This document shows, one piece after another, positions 46,038 to 55,495 of a stretch of DNA of 64,000 bases. Within the stretch, counting starts at the first letter, position 1; each line of letters starts with the position of its first letter. Under the pieces are notes generated by a model. It saw nothing but the letters and a program-made list of their open reading frames with translations, searched no databases and was not told the origin of the DNA. The translations under genes were made by a program, and so were the position numbers. Origin of the DNA: a virus (taxonomy: Duplodnaviria; Caudoviricetes); the IMG/VR virus record IMGVR_UViG_3300031851_000001, one strand, 5' to 3'.

Positions 46038-46723
46038 AGGCGTATATTTTAAAAATTGATAATAAGTTATCGCACGATTATGCAAAAGTTGCTGCTGACT
46101 CTTGTGATAAGATTGGTTTACCTTGGACATATCATTTAGGATATAGTAATCAGTCAGGTAAAGCAGCATTTAAAGATTTAGGTATACCTAGATTACCAAC
46201 TGAAAATTATGAATATATTGCGGAACCAACTAATGGTCAAAAAGCAATGTGTTGTACCGCTGGTCATTTTGCTATATGGAAAAGGATTGCTGAAGGTACT
46301 GACAATATAGGGATTGTACTTGAACACGATGCAATAATGCTCCAACGCCCTTGCAAATTTATAACTATACCAGAAAATACTATTGTTGTGTTAGGATATA
46401 AAATATCAGATCCAGAAAATTATAAACATGAAGAGGCTGGTCCACCAACTGATTTGATACCAATTATTGGTCATGAAGGAGCTCATGCATACGCTATGAC
46501 TAGACGAACTGCACAGTTTTTAATTAACGAAATATCCCAAAAAGGTATAAGAAGCGCAGTTGATAATGATTACTTTATTCGTGGTCAGCGTAGAACAGCC
46601 ATGCCATTACACATAGCCTCGCCAACTCCTGCACTTGGATGGATTAGGGAGTCGACTATTTGGGCAAAATCGGCTTCTAATAACTATGAATTCATACCCT
46701 CTTTTCAAAAATATTATAAATAG
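46034..46723 (+). CDS. GT25-like glycosyltransferase
   Basis: CCTAGHFAIW, VLEHDA, HAYAMT, AVD. Confidence 0.7.
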   Translation: MKAYILKIDNKLSHDYAKVAADSCDKIGLPWTYHLGYSNQSGKAAFKDLGIPRLPTENYEYIAEPTNGQKAMCCTAGHFAIWKRIAEGTDNIGIVLEHDAIMLQRPCKFITIPENTIVVLGYKISDPENYKHEEAGPPTDLIPIIGHEGAHAYAMTRRTAQFLINEISQKGIRSAVDNDYFIRGQRRTAMPLHIASPTPALGWIRESTIWAKSASNNYEFIPSFQKYYK

Positions 46724-46754
46724 AATTAAATCTAATATACTAGGATCTACAATT

Positions 46755-49106
46755 ATGGTTGACGAACCGCAAGACATTAATGACCCGAAGAATAACGATG
46801 AAGACGAAGTCAAACCTAAGCCAAAGGCGAAGGATAAAGATGGCAAGCGAAAACTTCAAAGCTTTAAAGGATTTGATGCAAACAAATATGTTGATGTTGA
46901 ACCAACATTAGCTGAGGCAGCTGGCGACGATAAACCAGCAGTCGTAACATTTGGCAGAATGAATCCAATTACAGTAGGTCATGAAAAATTAGCAGCCGCT
47001 GTTATTTCAAACGCGAAGCAACGTGGTGGTACCCCTTATATTTACCTTTCGCAATCACAAGATAAAAACAAAAATCCATTAAGTTATAATGATAAAATCA
47101 AATACGCGCAAAAGGCGTTTGGGCCAGCAGTCATTAAATCAAAAGCTCGTACTATCATTGAAGTGATGGTTGAGTTAAGTGGCAAACATAAAGATGTTAT
47201 AGTAGTTGTTGGTTCTGACAGGGTAAAAGAATTTGATAGACTATTAAACAAATATAATAAATCCTCTGCTGGCTATGTATTCAATAATATAAAAGTTGTA
47301 TCAGCAGGCCAACGCGATCCTGATGCCGAAGGCGTTAAAGGAATGTCTGGAACTAAAATGCGTGGCTACGCCGCGGATAACGATGTTAAGAAATTCGCAA
47401 CCGGATTACCAAGTAAACTAAAAACAAGCGCAGCCGCGATATTAGCCGACGTGCGAAAGGGAATGAACATGTCAGAAGATAACGATAACGAATTTGAAAA
47501 CATTGAGGAAATTGTAGAAGATACACAAGATCTCGATGAAGTATTAGACCGTATGCAGCGCCGAGCTATTGGTATTAGAATGCGTAAAAACAGACATAAA
47601 ATGAAACGTGGTAGAGAAAAAGCGGCTCGACGAACTGCAACTATGGAAGTACTTAAGAAACGTGCTCGCAAACAGGCAATCATAAATCTTAAAAACCGTT
47701 TTGCAAAAAATAAACGATATGCTGATATGTCGTCTGGTGAAAAGATTGTAATTGATAAGCGTGTTGCTAAATTCTCTAAACAAAGATTAGATGCAATGGC
47801 GCGTAAGTTATTACCAAAAGTTAAAATTAAAGAACGCGATCGTAAAAGAGCTAAGAATAAAAATGAAAATTTGGATATGAATACGCAGTTCCAAAACTTT
47901 ATGACAGAAAAAACTGGACCATATTATAAAGGTGTAGCTCAGGATAAAAAAGACGATCGTGAAGATCACTTTGAGCGTAATGCCAAAAAGGCTGATAACG
48001 ATGCCTCTGCATATAAGCCGGCTCCCGGAGATAAAGAAGCAAAGACTAAAGAGTCAAAGCATACTAAAAAAGCTCGTGCAATGGGTTATACTGAAGAGTT
48101 GGAAGAAAGCCATATCTGGGGACAACGTCAAGGTAAACGCCCTCATATGCTTTTAGACAAAAATGGCAAGACAAAGTTTGATAAGCGTTTCAAAATGTAT
48201 AAGCCAAAACTTCAAGAAAACGTTGATGAGTTTAACATTGAAGATATTACAGATTTAATGGAATCAACAGAGTCATATATTAAAGAAGATGCTGCTGATA
48301 AATCTTTGGCTAAAAAAGCTGACAAATCTGGTATGCCACAAGGTGTTTTAAAACAAGTATATAACCGTGGTGTAGCTGCGTGGAAAACTGGTCATAGACC
48401 GGGAACTACACCAGAACAATGGGGACATGCTCGAGTAAACTCTTTTATTACTAAATCTTCTGGTACATGGGGCAAAGCTGATAAAGACTTGGCTGCTAAA
48501 GTACGTAAAGAAGAAGTAGAACTTGAAGAAACATATAAGATTACTAAAGTATATAATCCAACTACGAAAAAATCTCGTGCAGCTGGAAAAAGTACAGCAA
48601 CGTTTGCGGTACATACACATGATCGTAAATACTTTAAAGAGTTTCCAAATCAAAAAGATGCTGAAAACCATATGAAATCTCTCGGTAAAAAAGAAGAAAC
48701 CAACCTCGACGAAATGGATTTTTCTATTAAATCAGTAAAGAAATCTGGTTTAGCCAATGTTAAAAAGGCAAATAACTTTGATAAATTAAAAGCTGATATT
48801 GCTAAAATGAGAAAAAATCTCAATAAAGGTAAACCACTTCAAGCTGAAGCAGAAATTAATGAGTTAGATAAAGATACGCTTGCTAACTATGCCAATAAGG
48901 CTATTAAAGATAAAGAGCAAGCTCAATATAACAAAAGCCGTGCTCAAAATTCTAGAGCAGCTAATGTTGTTCGTGGTAACTCAGACGGCATCAAAAAAGA
49001 TGTTAAAGATATTGACAAAGCTGATGCGAGAATTAAACGTCGCGAACGTGGCGCAGCAAACTTCACTCGTAAAATATTAAAGGGTGATAAGGAAAACGAA
49101 GAATGA
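46755..49106 (+). CDS. Cytidylyltransferase-like (HxGH) nucleotidyltransferase fused to multiple small modules
   Basis: TFGRMNPITVGH, VVGSDR, SAGQRDPDAEG...MSGTKMR; late promoter at 46715; start moved to 46755. Confidence 0.75.
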   Translation: MVDEPQDINDPKNNDEDEVKPKPKAKDKDGKRKLQSFKGFDANKYVDVEPTLAEAAGDDKPAVVTFGRMNPITVGHEKLAAAVISNAKQRGGTPYIYLSQSQDKNKNPLSYNDKIKYAQKAFGPAVIKSKARTIIEVMVELSGKHKDVIVVVGSDRVKEFDRLLNKYNKSSAGYVFNNIKVVSAGQRDPDAEGVKGMSGTKMRGYAADNDVKKFATGLPSKLKTSAAAILADVRKGMNMSEDNDNEFENIEEIVEDTQDLDEVLDRMQRRAIGIRMRKNRHKMKRGREKAARRTATMEVLKKRARKQAIINLKNRFAKNKRYADMSSGEKIVIDKRVAKFSKQRLDAMARKLLPKVKIKERDRKRAKNKNENLDMNTQFQNFMTEKTGPYYKGVAQDKKDDREDHFERNAKKADNDASAYKPAPGDKEAKTKESKHTKKARAMGYTEELEESHIWGQRQGKRPHMLLDKNGKTKFDKRFKMYKPKLQENVDEFNIEDITDLMESTESYIKEDAADKSLAKKADKSGMPQGVLKQVYNRGVAAWKTGHRPGTTPEQWGHARVNSFITKSSGTWGKADKDLAAKVRKEEVELEETYKITKVYNPTTKKSRAAGKSTATFAVHTHDRKYFKEFPNQKDAENHMKSLGKKEETNLDEMDFSIKSVKKSGLANVKKANNFDKLKADIAKMRKNLNKGKPLQAEAEINELDKDTLANYANKAIKDKEQAQYNKSRAQNSRAANVVRGNSDGIKKDVKDIDKADARIKRRERGAANFTRKILKGDKENEE

Positions 49107-49678
49107 AAAAATTTAAACAACACGTTCAATCAAAAGCTGGTGCCGGTGATATTGGTACTGATGAATTAGTCAAAACTCTTAAGTCTGATACTCCAATGGA
49201 AGAAGCTTGTTGGAGTACTCACAAACAAGTTGGTATGAAGAAAAAAGGGGACAAGATGGTTCCTAACTGTGTACCTAAAAATGAAGATGCTGAATACGAT
49301 AACGAAGGTGGCATGTCAAAAAATCAATTAAAGACTATGATTGATGCTGCACAAGAGTTACATAGTATGCTTGACGACGACGAGAATATGCCTGAGTGGG
49401 TACAATCAAAAATTACAAAAGCAACTGATTACATTGATACTGTTAGAGATTATATGAAATCAAACGATGTAAGTGAAGGTTCTGAAACTTGGGAAGCTGG
49501 TTATAAACGTCGTGTAGTTAAAACAACTAGTCCTGAACATAAAGAGGCTGGTCACAAATGGCGCATCAAAGGTAAAGATAAAGCAAACCTTTCTATTAAA
49601 TTATATAAAGAAAAACCATCTCAACAAGAGTTTAATAAGCAAATGAAAAGAGTTGCTGGCCACGAGTTTGGCGGTTAA
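49103..49678 (+). CDS. Putative internal head protein, modular
   Basis: MKKFKQHV; CW...MVPNCVP and MPEWVQSKIT modules. Confidence 0.6.
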   Translation: MKKFKQHVQSKAGAGDIGTDELVKTLKSDTPMEEACWSTHKQVGMKKKGDKMVPNCVPKNEDAEYDNEGGMSKNQLKTMIDAAQELHSMLDDDENMPEWVQSKITKATDYIDTVRDYMKSNDVSEGSETWEAGYKRRVVKTTSPEHKEAGHKWRIKGKDKANLSIKLYKEKPSQQEFNKQMKRVAGHEFGG

Positions 49679-49679
49679 T

Positions 49680-50126
49680 GTGTTACGGTTTAAACAATAT
49701 ATGACTGAATATACTGTTAAGTCAATGGCAAAATACCATGAAATAACAGGCACAGAATTTATTAAGCCTAAGGTTAAATTATTAAAGTTACCAACAAAAA
49801 ACGTAACTGATAATGATTTAATATATGCTCATTTAATGTATGGTCACCTAGAAAGCTATCAGTATGCGGAACTTGCATTTCCGGGTTCTACCAGAAAGAC
49901 TAATGCGTGGTTTAGTAAATATTCTAAAATGGCTAAAGTATATGGCGAAGAAAACGACGCAGGCGACCATTTATCTGTTATGAGAAAAGCTGCTGAAATG
50001 ACTAGTGAACGTAGTAAAAACTTTAAATTAAATGGTAGAGAATGGAAATCTAGTAAACAAGGTAAAGCTTGGAATGCATGGGAAACTGAGCAAAGAAAAA
50101 TTTATCCGGAGCAATGGAATGATTAG
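49680..50126 (+). CDS. Putative internal head protein
   Basis: GTG start, (M)LRFKQYMTE. Confidence 0.6.
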   Translation: MLRFKQYMTEYTVKSMAKYHEITGTEFIKPKVKLLKLPTKNVTDNDLIYAHLMYGHLESYQYAELAFPGSTRKTNAWFSKYSKMAKVYGEENDAGDHLSVMRKAAEMTSERSKNFKLNGREWKSSKQGKAWNAWETEQRKIYPEQWND

Positions 50127-50883
50127 GTTTAAACGTTATATAACAGAAAGTGCTAACTCTTCGCACGATCACCATCATACAAGTTCTAGTAAAATTGATA
50201 CTGATAAGCACAATGCAGGTAAGGGTAAAAACCCAGAGCATCCTATGTGGTTATCTCATAATGCTCACCAAGCTGCGGGTTGGCATAAAAATCATGAACA
50301 AGAAAATGGTTCAGCGCATACCTATAAGGTAAAAGTAAAGAACGTTGCTCATCATACAGACCCAAAGGTTAAAGCCTTATTTAAAAAGCATGGTCATAGT
50401 ATGAAAGATTATCACTCTGAGCTTGTTAGCAATCCAAGCCATAAAGAAGTACATAACCACCCAGCAACAAAAATGCTCAAGAAGGCTGGTTATCATGGGC
50501 ATACTCACTCAGATTATCATTCACATGACTTTTCTAAGGACCATGACTCAACTGTAGTATTTCACAGAAAACATGCGACAATGCACGACGCAAATAAAGA
50601 ACCAGCTCATAAGCATGCTGATACTAAACACACCGTTGGAAATCATAGTGTTACACATAAAACTCATCAGGAATATATGGACGGAAGTCACCGACCACTA
50701 GACCATGGTGGTACAGAGTCTAGGCTATCAACATCACACGATCATGCCAAAACTCTTAAAGCAAAACTTAAAGGTACTGGTAATAAAATTAATATAACTA
50801 AAAATAAATCTGGATCTAGGATAAAGGTTACGCATTCTGATAGTGCTGCTCGAGACACGTTCCATAAACACTTAAAAGGGTGA
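50119..50883 (+). CDS. His-rich putative internal head protein, possible ADP-ribosyltransferase-like fold
   Basis: MIRFKRYITE; about 40 His; MWLS...A..W...G...YKV...LKKAGYHG...STVVF. Confidence 0.55.
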   Translation: MIRFKRYITESANSSHDHHHTSSSKIDTDKHNAGKGKNPEHPMWLSHNAHQAAGWHKNHEQENGSAHTYKVKVKNVAHHTDPKVKALFKKHGHSMKDYHSELVSNPSHKEVHNHPATKMLKKAGYHGHTHSDYHSHDFSKDHDSTVVFHRKHATMHDANKEPAHKHADTKHTVGNHSVTHKTHQEYMDGSHRPLDHGGTESRLSTSHDHAKTLKAKLKGTGNKINITKNKSGSRIKVTHSDSAARDTFHKHLKG

Positions 50884-50887
50884 AAGT

Positions 50888-51244
50888 ATGAAAAGTTTTA
50901 AGGTGCATTTAAACGAGGCGGTAGATAGACCACCTAGATGGAAAAAAGATACTTCTATGGGAGAGGGCGGCGCTCAAACTATTGAATTTCCAAAGACTAA
51001 GGGTAAGTACAGAGTTTCAAAGTTCCTTGATCATAATGAACGCCATAAAGGTGAATGGAATTTAGAAGTTTGGGACCCTCGGCGTAGAGAGTTCGTATGG
51101 TCTGAGACTCTTGCTCCAAAGGCTTGGGTAAAAGAACTTTGCATATACAGAGGTCAGTTCAAACACGATGCGCGTGGGGATTTTGATAAAAAACAACAAG
51201 TAGCAGATTATAGTAAAACATTTAAATTTGACGGGCATTACTAA
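50888..51244 (+). CDS. Putative internal head protein
   Basis: MKSFKVHLNE. Confidence 0.6.
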   Translation: MKSFKVHLNEAVDRPPRWKKDTSMGEGGAQTIEFPKTKGKYRVSKFLDHNERHKGEWNLEVWDPRRREFVWSETLAPKAWVKELCIYRGQFKHDARGDFDKKQQVADYSKTFKFDGHY

Positions 51245-51801
51245 TGAAAAGATTTAAAGAATTCACATCACACGATCTTAATGAAAGCGCCCTAACGGCA
51301 CTTAGGGTCGCGACAAAGGCCCATTCTGGTCAAACACGTAAAAGCGGCGGTCAATATATTGAACATCCAAAAGAAGTTGCGCGATTTGTAAAAAAGTTTA
51401 AAAAATCTAATAACCTTTCTGCATTAGTACAAGCGGCGTACTTGCACGATACTATTGAAGATACTGATACTACATATGCAGATTTAGTTAAACAGTTTGG
51501 TGCTCTCGTGGCTGACATGGTTAAAGAATTAACTACTGACAAAGCTGCATCTGATGCTATCGGTAAAGGCGAGTACATTGCTAATAAAATGGCTAAGATG
51601 TCAAGTTGGTCTTTAGTTATTAAACTTGCTGATAGATTAGCAAACGTACAGGATATTGATACACGACCAGCAGCTTTCCAGAAAAAATATGCTGCAGACA
51701 CTACATTAGCAATAAAACGTTTAAGATCTGATAGATATTTAAGTAAGACTCACAATAAAATCATTTCAGCTATCGAAAAGAAAATTAAGGAATACGTATA
51801 A
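51244..51801 (+). CDS. HD-domain (p)ppGpp hydrolase-like protein (SpoT/Mesh1 type)
   Basis: AHSGQTRKSG..YIEHP, LHDTIED, IKLADRLAN. Confidence 0.88.
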   Translation: MKRFKEFTSHDLNESALTALRVATKAHSGQTRKSGGQYIEHPKEVARFVKKFKKSNNLSALVQAAYLHDTIEDTDTTYADLVKQFGALVADMVKELTTDKAASDAIGKGEYIANKMAKMSSWSLVIKLADRLANVQDIDTRPAAFQKKYAADTTLAIKRLRSDRYLSKTHNKIISAIEKKIKEYV

Positions 51802-52445
51802 TGAAAAGTTTTAAAACACATATTAGTGAATTATATACTATCGGACATACGAGATCCTATGATGCTGTCGCCAATCGAGCAAAGCAAAATGTAAAACATG
51901 GTTCAACTGATCCAAAGGATAAAAGATTTGGTACTAAACTTGGTGGTCAAAAAGGTGAGCATGGAGGTGCAGCGTATAAAACTCCGGAAGATGCTACAAA
52001 AGGTGCTAAGGCGTTAAAGAAAGAGTTTCCGGGCAGAAAATACAGTGTATATAAAATGAAAGGTGATTTTGATAAAGACACTTATCATAGCAATAAAACT
52101 GGTATGAACCATGTAAAAAAAGATACTGAAATTACTCATAAAGTAGCTCATAATGTATCAGAAGAAAAAGATCCACGTTTAGCTCGAGCTGGCGTAAAAG
52201 GTTTTAACAAAGCCAAAGGTACTCCCTCGCATCCTACTAAAAGTCATATTGTTGTTGCTAAAGACGGCGACAAAATAAAGACTATTCGTTTTGGTGAGCA
52301 AGGTGCTTCGACTGCAGGCGATCCTAAAAAGGGTGAGTCTGATAAAATGAAAGCGAAACGTAAATCATTTAAGGCACGCCACGGTAAAAACATTGCTAAA
52401 GGCAAAATGTCAGCTGCATACTGGGCTGACAAGGTCAAATGGTAA
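51801..52445 (+). CDS. Putative internal head protein, two modules
   Basis: MKSFKTHISE; C-terminal TIRFG...RKSFKARH...SAAYWA module. Confidence 0.6.
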   Translation: MKSFKTHISELYTIGHTRSYDAVANRAKQNVKHGSTDPKDKRFGTKLGGQKGEHGGAAYKTPEDATKGAKALKKEFPGRKYSVYKMKGDFDKDTYHSNKTGMNHVKKDTEITHKVAHNVSEEKDPRLARAGVKGFNKAKGTPSHPTKSHIVVAKDGDKIKTIRFGEQGASTAGDPKKGESDKMKAKRKSFKARHGKNIAKGKMSAAYWADKVKW

Positions 52446-52451
52446 TTATTT

Positions 52452-52459
52452 TATAAATA
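52452..52459 (+). promoter_or_regulatory. T4-type late promoter
   Basis: TATAAATA. Confidence 0.65.
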
Positions 52460-52487
52460 GACAGTAATATATCTAAAGGAAATCACA

Positions 52488-53147
52488 ATGAAACGGTTTA
52501 AGACACATTTTAACGAAGCTAAAGACACACATTGTTCAGACAAGTGTTGTGGCGCTGATGTAAAAGCAGAAGATTGTGATTGCCCTGCTGATTGCGCTCA
52601 CTGTAATTGTAATGCCAAGAATGAAGCGTTTGACCCTAAACATCCAAAGGTTGTAGCTGCTCGTAAAGCTGTTAAAAACGGTACTTATAATGGTAATATG
52701 GATACGAATGGTAATGCTATTGTACACATTGATGGTAAACCTCATACAGTAACTAAAGGCGATCCTGCTGCAAAGAATGAAGCAACTAACGAAGACATTA
52801 TTGCTATTATTAACGAACATAATATTACTCTAGAACAATTAGAGAATATGACCGAAGAAGAACTTAACGAATTACTAGGAAAAGCAATTGGTGGCGTGGC
52901 TAAGGTTATTGGTGGGGTTGCCAAAGGCGCCGGAAGATTGGCGGGCGCAGGTATTAAACGAGCAGTAATGACAAAGCAAGGTAGTATTCGTGGTACTAAG
53001 GCTGCAAAACAAGATAAAGCAGGCGATAGAGCAGAAAAAATGGCTAGAGAAAGAGAAAAAGAATTCAAGCGCAAAAAGCGGATTTCTGACATGAAGCAAA
53101 GAGCTAGTGACTTGGATCAAAAAATCTCTGACTTAAATAATAAATAA
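52488..53147 (+). CDS. Putative internal head protein with Cys-rich module
   Basis: MKRFKTHFNE; HCSDKCCG...DCDCPADCAHCNC. Confidence 0.6.
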   Translation: MKRFKTHFNEAKDTHCSDKCCGADVKAEDCDCPADCAHCNCNAKNEAFDPKHPKVVAARKAVKNGTYNGNMDTNGNAIVHIDGKPHTVTKGDPAAKNEATNEDIIAIINEHNITLEQLENMTEEELNELLGKAIGGVAKVIGGVAKGAGRLAGAGIKRAVMTKQGSIRGTKAAKQDKAGDRAEKMAREREKEFKRKKRISDMKQRASDLDQKISDLNNK

Positions 53148-53184
53148 ATACAACTATAACTAAACCTCATTAAGGAGAACTACA

Positions 53185-53493
53185 ATGGGATCATGGGCAA
53201 AATTGGATAACGCAGCATCGGCACCGAAATGGCTTTCTGCTGACGCTAATAATCCAAATAAATCAAACGATAAAGATAACGCAATCTTTGTTTCTGATGA
53301 AGAAGCAGCTGTTGCATCAAACCGTGCCAAAGGTATTACAGGACCGGGTTGGTGGTTGTATCATACAGATGGTGGAAGACACCACGCTGAATGCTTAGTG
53401 CCAATGAAAGGCGGAACAGTGGATCAAGCTACTGTCGGCGATGATGGTGTTACTGGTACAGGCGACGATACAATCGTAGCAGATCCTGCATAA
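53185..53493 (+). CDS. Probable virion structural protein
   Basis: WAKLD, GITGPGWW motifs. Confidence 0.5.
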   Translation: MGSWAKLDNAASAPKWLSADANNPNKSNDKDNAIFVSDEEAAVASNRAKGITGPGWWLYHTDGGRHHAECLVPMKGGTVDQATVGDDGVTGTGDDTIVADPA

Positions 53494-53511
53494 TAGAATA
53501 GAAGATAAATT

Positions 53512-53886
53512 ATGAAATTGACAGAATCAACCTTTCTGTTGTTTGCTTCGAAATATTACGACAATCCTAATTGTACTGATATAGTCGAATTTGATGAGGA
53601 CTTGAAAAGATTTCAGTATTTACGCAAACTATTTGGTAGATACAAACAAGATAATGATTTGAAAGAAAGGTTGATCCTGAACCACTTGATCGTTATATAC
53701 AATATCTTTGGGCCTGAAGCAACTAACATGCTTTTTATGAAACTCCATGAATACCATGGGTTTTTAAAACCATTCGTGGAATATTTAAATTTCATGCCAC
53801 AGGTCGTTATGTACGACGAATTTGTAATACATAGAGATAGTATAGAATCAGATAAATACATTAGCGATAAGCTAAAAGGAATATAA
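53512..53886 (+). CDS. Conserved hypothetical protein of T4-like phages
   Basis: FLLFASKYYDNP, LKERLILNHLI. Confidence 0.65.
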   Translation: MKLTESTFLLFASKYYDNPNCTDIVEFDEDLKRFQYLRKLFGRYKQDNDLKERLILNHLIVIYNIFGPEATNMLFMKLHEYHGFLKPFVEYLNFMPQVVMYDEFVIHRDSIESDKYISDKLKGI

Positions 53887-53888
53887 AC

Positions 53889-54608
53889 ATGGTAGTAGAT
53901 CTATTTTTAGTATACCAATTTATCCGTCGTCTAGCAACTCCATTTGAAAAATGGGATGCATACAAAGAAGGCATTATTGATAAAAATGGTAAGGTACTAA
54001 TTAAATCAAAGAATTTTACAACGAAAAAGCAACGTGCTGCTTGGCGTATTTTTGATCGTATGATTGCTAACCTGAAAAAATTATTGGCTAAAGTACCGGG
54101 TGGTAGTTCAAAACTAGCATCATATGCGGCTGCCTTATTTTTAATTAAAGAATATAAAGCGTTTACCGACGAGTCAATGTTAAATGAAGATATCACTGAT
54201 GAAAAACTAGATGAATCAATACAATTATTTTCTAGTAGATATAATCATTATACCACACTTGCAGAAAATGTCAATAGAAAAAATGAAGCGTTTGGCAGAG
54301 CAAGGTTTAGACAACAATTGGCAAAACGTGGAATGGACGTTGATAAACTCCATACTCAAAATGTTAAAGACGCTGATGCTGCAAAGAAAAGACAGCAAGC
54401 CGCGTCAGCTGATTTAAAATCGTTTAGAAAAAAATATAAAATCAATACAAAACCAGAGATCCAAGAAGAACCTACAAATAGCGTTAGTAGTGGAAACATT
54501 GCTGGCATGGATGGCGGTCATATGTCTAAAGAAGGACAAAAGAAATGGACGTCAAGTAATAAAAGTTCAAAGAAAAAGAGACTAAGAGACATAATGGGAG
54601 ACAAATAA
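53889..54608 (+). CDS. Conserved hypothetical protein of T4-like phages
   Basis: YQFIRRLATPFEKWDAY..GIIDKNG. Confidence 0.65.
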   Translation: MVVDLFLVYQFIRRLATPFEKWDAYKEGIIDKNGKVLIKSKNFTTKKQRAAWRIFDRMIANLKKLLAKVPGGSSKLASYAAALFLIKEYKAFTDESMLNEDITDEKLDESIQLFSSRYNHYTTLAENVNRKNEAFGRARFRQQLAKRGMDVDKLHTQNVKDADAAKKRQQAASADLKSFRKKYKINTKPEIQEEPTNSVSSGNIAGMDGGHMSKEGQKKWTSSNKSSKKKRLRDIMGDK

Positions 54609-55457
54609 GTGATTACTTTAGAACAATTTAGTGCAATGATTCCTTCAAATAAAGATCCCGAGGCTTGGTACGAAGCAGCGGTTCCGATGTTTGAAAAATA
54701 TGAAATCAATACAAATAATCGTATCGCTGGCTTTATGGCACAATGTGCACATGAGTCATTAGACTTTACCCGCTTAGTAGAAAATCTTAATTATTCAGAA
54801 AAAGCATTGAACTCAGTGTTTGGTCGTTATTTTGGAAAAGGAAAACGTGATGCAAAGGAATATGCAAGAGACCAAGAAAAAATCGCAAACTATGTCTACC
54901 AAGATGAGTTTAGATCCAAACGAGGAGCCTTGGGAAACGTTAATCCCGGCGATGGCTGGCTCTTTAGGGGTAGAGGTATCAAGCAGCTTACAGGAAGAAA
55001 TAATTACGCACAATTTGGAAGTTCAATCGACATAAGTGCTGAGGAAGCTGCTGAATATGTATCAACACCAAAAGGCGCTCTCGAGTCTGCTTGTTGGTTT
55101 TGGTCTACTAATAAATTAGAAAAGTGGGCTGACAAAGGTGACAATAAAGGTTTAACCAAAAAGATTAATGGTGGTACAATTGGATTAGAAGATCGTAATC
55201 GCCGTTGGGACGAAGCGTTAGCAATCCTTGGTGGTAAAGTACCAGCTCCTAAGAAAACAACAAAAGGCGCAGTACGTACTCTACGTAAAGGTATGCAAGG
55301 CGATGACGTTAAGAAAATGCAAAAAGCAATTGGCGTAGCAGCTGACGGCGATTTTGGATTTGGAACTCTTACCGCCGTAAAGAAATGGCAAAATGTAAAT
55401 GGATTAGTTGCTGATGGCATTGTAGGTCCTGCTACCCAGACTAAAATGTTTAAATAG
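54609..55457 (+). CDS. GH19 endolysin with C-terminal peptidoglycan-binding domain
   Basis: FMAQCAHES, FRGRGIKQLTG, INGG..GLEDR; C-terminal DGDFG...DGIVG. Confidence 0.9.
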   Translation: MITLEQFSAMIPSNKDPEAWYEAAVPMFEKYEINTNNRIAGFMAQCAHESLDFTRLVENLNYSEKALNSVFGRYFGKGKRDAKEYARDQEKIANYVYQDEFRSKRGALGNVNPGDGWLFRGRGIKQLTGRNNYAQFGSSIDISAEEAAEYVSTPKGALESACWFWSTNKLEKWADKGDNKGLTKKINGGTIGLEDRNRRWDEALAILGGKVPAPKKTTKGAVRTLRKGMQGDDVKKMQKAIGVAADGDFGFGTLTAVKKWQNVNGLVADGIVGPATQTKMFK

Positions 55458-55495
55458 ATAAATAGAATATAGAAATCAACCAAAAGGAGATAGAA

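Noticed and set aside
46635-46754. Extended ORF-track starts (also 34703, 44677, 49653, 50032, 58389)
   Set aside because: Downstream starts fit RBS, promoter position or stop-start coupling better
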